10,104 bases of DNA from positions 1 through 10,104 of the forward strand of contig JAVHPP010000113.1 in assembly GCA_036170655.1 (NCBI GenBank), in the 5' to 3' direction. Source of the DNA: Candidatus Zixiibacteriota bacterium. GTDB taxonomy: Bacteria > Zixibacteria > MSB-5A5 > WJJR01. The position numbers and the translations under genes are program-made. The notes below the pieces were generated by a model. It was not told where the DNA came from. It saw nothing but the letters and a program-made list of their open reading frames with translations, and searched no databases. Positions 5,540-10,104 of this stretch are shown piece after piece. Position 1 is the first letter of the stretch, and each line of letters begins with the position of its first letter.

Positions 5540-7005
5540 AACGAGATACCCAGTTGATCGATCACGGTTAGGACGCTGCCGACCCCCAGCACTTGCAGCC
5601 TGACACCCGGCGGTATTCCCATCGGTGACGTGCAATACGCCCAATCACCACCTGCGGCGACAATGCCGAGCAATCCGGACGGACCGAGCCGGCGTGCCAG
5701 CGCCATATCGAGCACCGAACCACCGGCGTTGACAATTGTCTCCAGCCATCCCCGACGCTGCGCCAGCCGGTAGATGGACGGCGTCGCGGGGACGACCAGC
5801 AAGGGCCACTCCGGGGCGATCCTTCGTCCCCGCAGCATCTCTGCCACCGCTTGGATCTCATAGGGCAAGGCGTCCGGGCCAATCAGTGCGCCACCTGGTT
5901 GGAGATCGTGTGAGGGGACGATCTCATCCCTTCCGTCACCCCACCTCAACAGGACACGGGGCTCGATCCCCCGGCCCTCGATGAAATGCTCTCCATCGTA
6001 GATGGCTACACGGTCAGGGTGGCATTGCGGGAAATGGCCCTTCAGCAATCCGACAAAATGGCGGCGGATGACGTCATCGAAGGGACAGAGCGCAGACTGA
6101 GCACCAAATGCGACTGCCAGCGAGGACAGCTTGACCTTCCGATCCAGTGACAGGTGTTCGATTGGACCACCGAGGAACTCGACAACGGAGTTGCCCCAAT
6201 CCCGGTCAATCTGACGCGCCAGGATCGCAATGATGATGTCTTCGACGTCGCATCGTGACGGAATCTTGCGGGTGATTTCGATCTTGATGGTTCGCGGGGC
6301 TTGGCGGGCGGACTCCACCGGGAGCGCCAGACACGCGATCCCGCCCACGCCCGGGGCGGTCCCGGACGGCCCCACCAGCAGGCACCCAGGGAGCACCGCG
6401 CGGGACTCGACAATCTGCCAAGCAAACGAACCGAAGTCGGGGGAGATCCAGACCGGAACTCGAATCTCTCCGGCCGACAGTGCTTCGGGCTGGGGCGCCG
6501 ACCGGGGCCACTCGACCGTAGGGCCGGGAATCAACGCGACGGCCATTCCCGACTTGTCAGTTGGCACAGCAAACCGCCAGTCAGCGGCAACTTCGGCACC
6601 GGGCCATTCAGCCTGGCACCGGTGCCAAATCTTCTTCGTAGCTGTCAGGTTTGGTGTGGTTGCAGGGGACTCGAACTCTGTGCCCTCTCCCGGCAGGCGC
6701 AACTCCAGTTGCTCGAGTTTGAGGAACGAAGGGCGGTCCGTGATTTCATACTTGCGACGCCAACTGTAGAACGCCGCCTTGGAGATGTTCAATTCCCGCC
6801 CACAACGGAAGTCATCACCGTAGCGTGCCCAAAGCTCCGCAACCTGCTCTTGAGTGAACTTCGGGGCGCTGAAACGCGGAATCCCCTTCTTGCGACGCCA
6901 GTACGCAACAAGATACTCAGGGACATCGAGCGCCTCAGCGATACGGGCATCGGTCTTATAGAGAGACTGGAGATGCTCCAGTTCGATTTTCCGCGGAACT
7001 TTCAT
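5536..7005 (-). CDS. Tandem helix-turn-helix domains fused to a degenerate 3-isopropylmalate dehydratase/homoaconitase large-subunit (aconitase family) domain; predicted catalytically inactive
   Basis: 489 aa from ATG 7005 (507 aa from ATG 7059). Two repeats end in YWRRKKGI and SWRRKYEI. The remainder is collinear with LeuC/HacA: LTATKKI, VLPGCLLVG, PRTIKIEIT, VEFLGGPIEHLSLDRKVKLSSLAVAFGAQS, IEPRV, AEMLRGRRIAP, LLVVPATPSIYRLAQRRGWLETIVNAGG. Catalytic motifs are replaced. Confidence 0.85.
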   Translation of the reverse strand: MKVPRKIELEHLQSLYKTDARIAEALDVPEYLVAYWRRKKGIPRFSAPKFTQEQVAELWARYGDDFRCGRELNISKAAFYSWRRKYEITDRPSFLKLEQLELRLPGEGTEFESPATTPNLTATKKIWHRCQAEWPGAEVAADWRFAVPTDKSGMAVALIPGPTVEWPRSAPQPEALSAGEIRVPVWISPDFGSFAWQIVESRAVLPGCLLVGPSGTAPGVGGIACLALPVESARQAPRTIKIEITRKIPSRCDVEDIIIAILARQIDRDWGNSVVEFLGGPIEHLSLDRKVKLSSLAVAFGAQSALCPFDDVIRRHFVGLLKGHFPQCHPDRVAIYDGEHFIEGRGIEPRVLLRWGDGRDEIVPSHDLQPGGALIGPDALPYEIQAVAEMLRGRRIAPEWPLLVVPATPSIYRLAQRRGWLETIVNAGGSVLDMALARRLGPSGLLGIVAAGGDWAYCTSPMGIPPGVRLQVLGVGSVLTVIDQLGISF

Positions 7006-7077
7006 GTATGATCTGGTAGTGGGACGATGCAAACCCGGGCACCAGCCCAAGTCTCTCATTCGTCATCGCTTTCTGTA

Positions 7078-7106
7078 AATCTACAGCAACACAGAACGGA
7101 ATTCAA
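7078..7106 (-). promoter_or_regulatory. Candidate sigma70 promoter for the HTH-aconitase-like gene
   Basis: Minus strand TTGAAT (7106-7101), 17-bp spacer, TAGATT (7083-7078), in the relatively AT-rich gap downstream of the HIT gene. Confidence 0.6.
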
Positions 7107-7215
7107 CGCTCAGAAGAGAGAGAAAGAAGATTTCCCGCAGTGCAAAGATCCTGTGACCCAGCCGCTTATGGGAATGGTCATAGCAAGGCCGACAATCGAC
7201 CGATCTCCAATTGTA

Positions 7216-7743
7216 TCAACCAGATCGGCCCGCCGATGACGGGCCGGATTTTCGCGGACGCAATGGTCGCCGAAAGGCGGCCTTCAGCTTTCGGCAAACA
7301 TTGGGGAGGCTGACTGACACAACGCGCGTCTTGAAGAGCGCAGGCATGAAGTTGGTATCACCGACCCATCGCGGTACAAGATGAACATGGAGATGACCGG
7401 CGATTCCGGCCCCGCCGGCACGGCCCAGATTCATCCCCAAGTTCATTCCCTCGGGTTTGAGTGTCTCATTCAGGACACGAGAGGAAAGTGCGATCAGGGC
7501 CATGATTTCGTTGCGCTCAGATCCGGACAGATCCTCCAGATTGGCAACATGACGATTGGGGACGATCATCAGATGGCCCGAGTTGTAGGGATAGCGATTC
7601 AGCACGACAAACGCACGTTTTCCGCGATACAGGATCAAGTCACGGATGGCACGGTGCGTCTCGGAGGCACAGAATATACATCCTTGTTCTTTCGGGCCGA
7701 GAATGAACTCCTCGCGCCAGGGGGCATACAGGAAATCCGTCAT
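7216..7743 (-). CDS. HIT (histidine triad) family protein, Ap4A phosphorylase/hydrolase-like
   Basis: 175 aa with N-terminal LYAPWR, CIFC, LNRYPYNSGHLMIVP, NLGRAGGAGI, the triad HLHVHLVPRW and GDTNFMP. GAGGTG sits just upstream of the ATG. Confidence 0.95.
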   Translation of the reverse strand: MTDFLYAPWREEFILGPKEQGCIFCASETHRAIRDLILYRGKRAFVVLNRYPYNSGHLMIVPNRHVANLEDLSGSERNEIMALIALSSRVLNETLKPEGMNLGMNLGRAGGAGIAGHLHVHLVPRWVGDTNFMPALFKTRVVSVSLPNVCRKLKAAFRRPLRPRKSGPSSAGRSG

Positions 7744-7826
7744 TTCACCTCACAGGTGAGTGTGGCTGGCCGACCGCATGGCTCGTACCGCACCGGGAAT
7801 ATAGACTGTCGCCCTGTCCTCTCGCA

Positions 7827-9308
7827 TCAGTTTCCCGCGCCGTGTCTTTCTAGCAGGGCCACGGCCTCCACATGGGGTGTATGGGGAAACATATCGACAG
7901 CGGAGAGCGCTGCCAGCCGGTAGGCAGTCTTCATCATCTCGAGATCGCGCGCAAGTGCGGCCGGATTACACGACACATAAACAATGCGAGGAGGCTTGAC
8001 CTGGATCAGGGTCTTGACGGCTTTGGGATGCAACCCCGCACGCGGAGGATCGATCACAACGGGAGGAAATGGTTCCCCCGTTCCGGCTCGATGCCGCAGG
8101 TATTCAAGCACATCCGCCACGACGAATTCACAATTGGTGATACCGTTGCACCGTGCGTTGTGGACACCGGCTTCTGTCGACTCCGGGTGGACCTCGACGG
8201 CCGTCACGTGGGAGAATCGCTTCGACAGAAAAAGCGATATCGCGCCTGCGCCGGAGTACAAGTCGAGAATCTCGTCCTCCGATGGCGCAATGCCTGAGGA
8301 AACAGCGCCCGAGGCAAACTCCACGACCTGGTGGAACAACCGCTCCGCCTGACGTGTATTGACCTGAAAGAAACCCATCGGGGCAATCTCGAACTCAAAT
8401 GGCCCCAACCGCTCTCTCAGGTCGCCCCGGCCATAGAACACCGTGTGAATCTCACCGCCAGCAACATTCGCGCGTCCGGAATTGATCGTCCAGAGTGCGG
8501 TCGTGACTTCGGGACAGGTCTTCAAGAGATGCTCGCGAAATTCTTCGGCACGCGGCCAAGGGCAGTCGGCTGTTATGAGGTTGACGAGCATTTCTCCCGT
8601 GTTCACTCCAAGCCGTACCACACAGAATCGCAAGAAGCCGGTGTGCCGGGCCGGGTGATACGGCGCCTCATCACTCTGTGCAAAGAAATTTCGAACTGAA
8701 CTGACGACTCCGCCGACGCGTTCGTCGGTCAGCCAGCATTCCTCCAGATTGAATGCATCCATGAAGTTCTCACGCGGATGCAGGCCCAGATGCAGCGCAT
8801 CGCCAAGACCGCCGCCGAACGAGAACTCCATTTTGTTGCGATAGCGGAAAGGAGGATCGCAGGCGAGCGCCTCGATGGGGGGCGGGTCATCGATCTTGCC
8901 GATCCGGCGGATCTGCTCGCGCAGATGCCGAACCTTGTCCGCCAGCTGCTGGTGATACTCCAAGTCCTGCAGACGGCACCCGCCGCACAGCCCGAAATGC
9001 CGGCAGGCCGGCTCGATGCGGTGCGGTGATGGCGTGACGACCGCCAATAGATCGGCCATCATGTGCCGCTTACGACGTCCGGTGATGCGGGCGCGAACCA
9101 CATCACCTGGCAATCCGCGATCGGTTAGCACGACCATCCGGCCGACGCGGGCGATGCCGCAGCCCTTGTCGCCCCAATCATCGATAGTCAGTTCGGCGAT
9201 CTCCCCCATGCGGGGAAGCCCTGAAGACGAGGGATCTCGAACGAGAGATTCTGCGGGAGAAGATTCTGTCTGATTCACGGGGGATAAGATACAGGTCAGC
9301 CGCGTCAA
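7827..9308 (-). CDS. rlmD: 23S rRNA (uracil-5-)-methyltransferase, RlmD/RumA family
   Basis: TRAM-like N-terminus, Fe-S motif CRHFGLCGGC plus a distal Cys (EECW), YRNKMEF, FFQVN, DLYSGAG, IDPPRAG, catalytic YVSCNP and VDMFPHTPHVE. Start is uncertain (TTG 9308, GTG 9278 or ATG 9209). Confidence 0.95.
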   Translation of the reverse strand: MTRLTCILSPVNQTESSPAESLVRDPSSSGLPRMGEIAELTIDDWGDKGCGIARVGRMVVLTDRGLPGDVVRARITGRRKRHMMADLLAVVTPSPHRIEPACRHFGLCGGCRLQDLEYHQQLADKVRHLREQIRRIGKIDDPPPIEALACDPPFRYRNKMEFSFGGGLGDALHLGLHPRENFMDAFNLEECWLTDERVGGVVSSVRNFFAQSDEAPYHPARHTGFLRFCVVRLGVNTGEMLVNLITADCPWPRAEEFREHLLKTCPEVTTALWTINSGRANVAGGEIHTVFYGRGDLRERLGPFEFEIAPMGFFQVNTRQAERLFHQVVEFASGAVSSGIAPSEDEILDLYSGAGAISLFLSKRFSHVTAVEVHPESTEAGVHNARCNGITNCEFVVADVLEYLRHRAGTGEPFPPVVIDPPRAGLHPKAVKTLIQVKPPRIVYVSCNPAALARDLEMMKTAYRLAALSAVDMFPHTPHVEAVALLERHGAGN

Positions 9309-9330
9309 TGCAAGTAGGTCGACCTGATGC

Positions 9331-10104
9331 TCATCGGGACGATGGCCGAAAACGCCGCAAGCGCAGCGAGTTGGTCAGCACGAACACGGACGAGAATGCC
9401 ATCGTAGCGGCCGCGATCATCGGCGAGAGCTGAAATCCAAACGCCGGATAGAGAGCGCCGGCCGCGATGGGAATAGCCGCAACATTGTAGAAGAAGGCCC
9501 AGAAAAGATTCCCACGGATGGTCGCCAGAGTGCGCTTGCCCAAGTCGACACCATCGGCAATGGCGGAAGCACGTGTGCCCAGTACCGTGATGTCGGCGGC
9601 TTCCTTGGCGACATCGGTGCCCGTGCCCATGGCGATTCCCAAGTCGGCGGCGGCCAAAGCCGGGGCGTCGTTGATCCCATCCCCGACCATCGCCACCTTG
9701 TGATGTTTCTGCTGACGTTCCTTGACGATGCGCAGTTTGTCCTCAGGACGGACCTCGGCGATGCTCTCGTCAACCCCCAGTTCACGTCCCACGGCTTCGA
9801 CAGCGGCACGCCGGTCACCCGAGAGGAGGACTGTTCGCCAGCCGTGCGCCTTCAAGCGGGCGATTGTGACGCTGGCTCCTTCTTTCAGCCGGTCACCGAT
9901 GGCGAGCGCTCCCGCCAACTGGTCACCCTTTGCCACGAGGCCGACGGTGTGCCCCGACGCCGTCCACTGGGACAGCAGGGGCGAAACCCGTTCGAGGGAG
10001 ACACCCGACTCCGCCATCCACACGGATGAGCCAATACGCCAATGTGCGCCATCGATCACGCCTTCGATCCCTTTCCCGGACAGGGCCTGAAAACCAGTAA
10101 CGGA
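9331..10104 (-). CDS. copA: Heavy-metal-translocating P1B-type ATPase, probably Cu(I)-exporting; 5' part lies beyond the window
   Basis: Frame is open to the right edge (SVTGFQALSGKGIEGV...). Motifs LSGD, PEDK, MVGDGINDAPALAAAD, GTDVAKEAADI, NLFWAFFYN and MAFSS. The YN and MxxSS pair is characteristic of the P1B-1 Cu(I) subgroup; the CPC and DKTGT motifs are outside the window. Confidence 0.88.
   Translation of the reverse strand, partial: SVTGFQALSGKGIEGVIDGAHWRIGSSVWMAESGVSLERVSPLLSQWTASGHTVGLVAKGDQLAGALAIGDRLKEGASVTIARLKAHGWRTVLLSGDRRAAVEAVGRELGVDESIAEVRPEDKLRIVKERQQKHHKVAMVGDGINDAPALAAADLGIAMGTGTDVAKEAADITVLGTRASAIADGVDLGKRTLATIRGNLFWAFFYNVAAIPIAAGALYPAFGFQLSPMIAAATMAFSSVFVLTNSLRLRRFRPSSR

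Noticed and set aside
6742..6984. HTH repeats as an IS/transposase remnant
   Set aside because: No DDE or other transposase catalytic domain, terminal inverted repeats or target duplication seen; the HTHs are in frame with the aconitase-like domain.
5536..7005. Calling this gene a functional leuC/aconitase, or a pseudogene
   Set aside because: Fe-S cysteines and the DSH motif are absent, so an active dehydratase is unsupported. The frame is intact and has a plausible promoter, so pseudogene is also unsupported.
7107..7215. Intrinsic terminator after the HIT gene
   Set aside because: A pyrimidine-rich tract exists on the minus strand (about 7130-7111), but I see no strong GC hairpin directly before a U run.
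4724..10090. Overlapping alternative ORFs (4724-5353, 6230-6769, 6301-7011, 7381-7923, 7872-8297, 9722-10090 and others)
   Set aside because: They overlap well-supported genes in antisense or alternate frames and carry no recognisable motifs.

Overview
Gene-dense, GC-rich chromosomal window from a diderm bacterium, with seven genes and no RNA genes, CRISPR arrays or mobile elements that I can see. In order: (1) a large minus-strand gene, 3200 to beyond the left edge, absent from the ORF track because its stop codon lies outside the window; it encodes signal peptide + HEXXH zinc peptidase + six PD40 propeller repeats + low-complexity linker + Omp85/BamA-type barrel with no visible POTRA domain; (2) murA (-); (3) a divergently transcribed LpxH-like metallophosphoesterase (+); (4) a minus-strand protein with two tandem helix-turn-helix repeats fused to a LeuC/aconitase large-subunit-like domain that has lost the three Fe-S cysteines and the DSH catalytic motif; (5) a HIT-family protein; (6) rlmD; (7) the 3' part of a Cu(I)-type P1B ATPase. 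The strongest novelty candidate is the HTH-pseudo-aconitase, a possible enzyme-derived transcription regulator. The peptidase-propeller-Omp85 fusion is second. All assignments come from manual translation and recalled family motifs; no database search was run.
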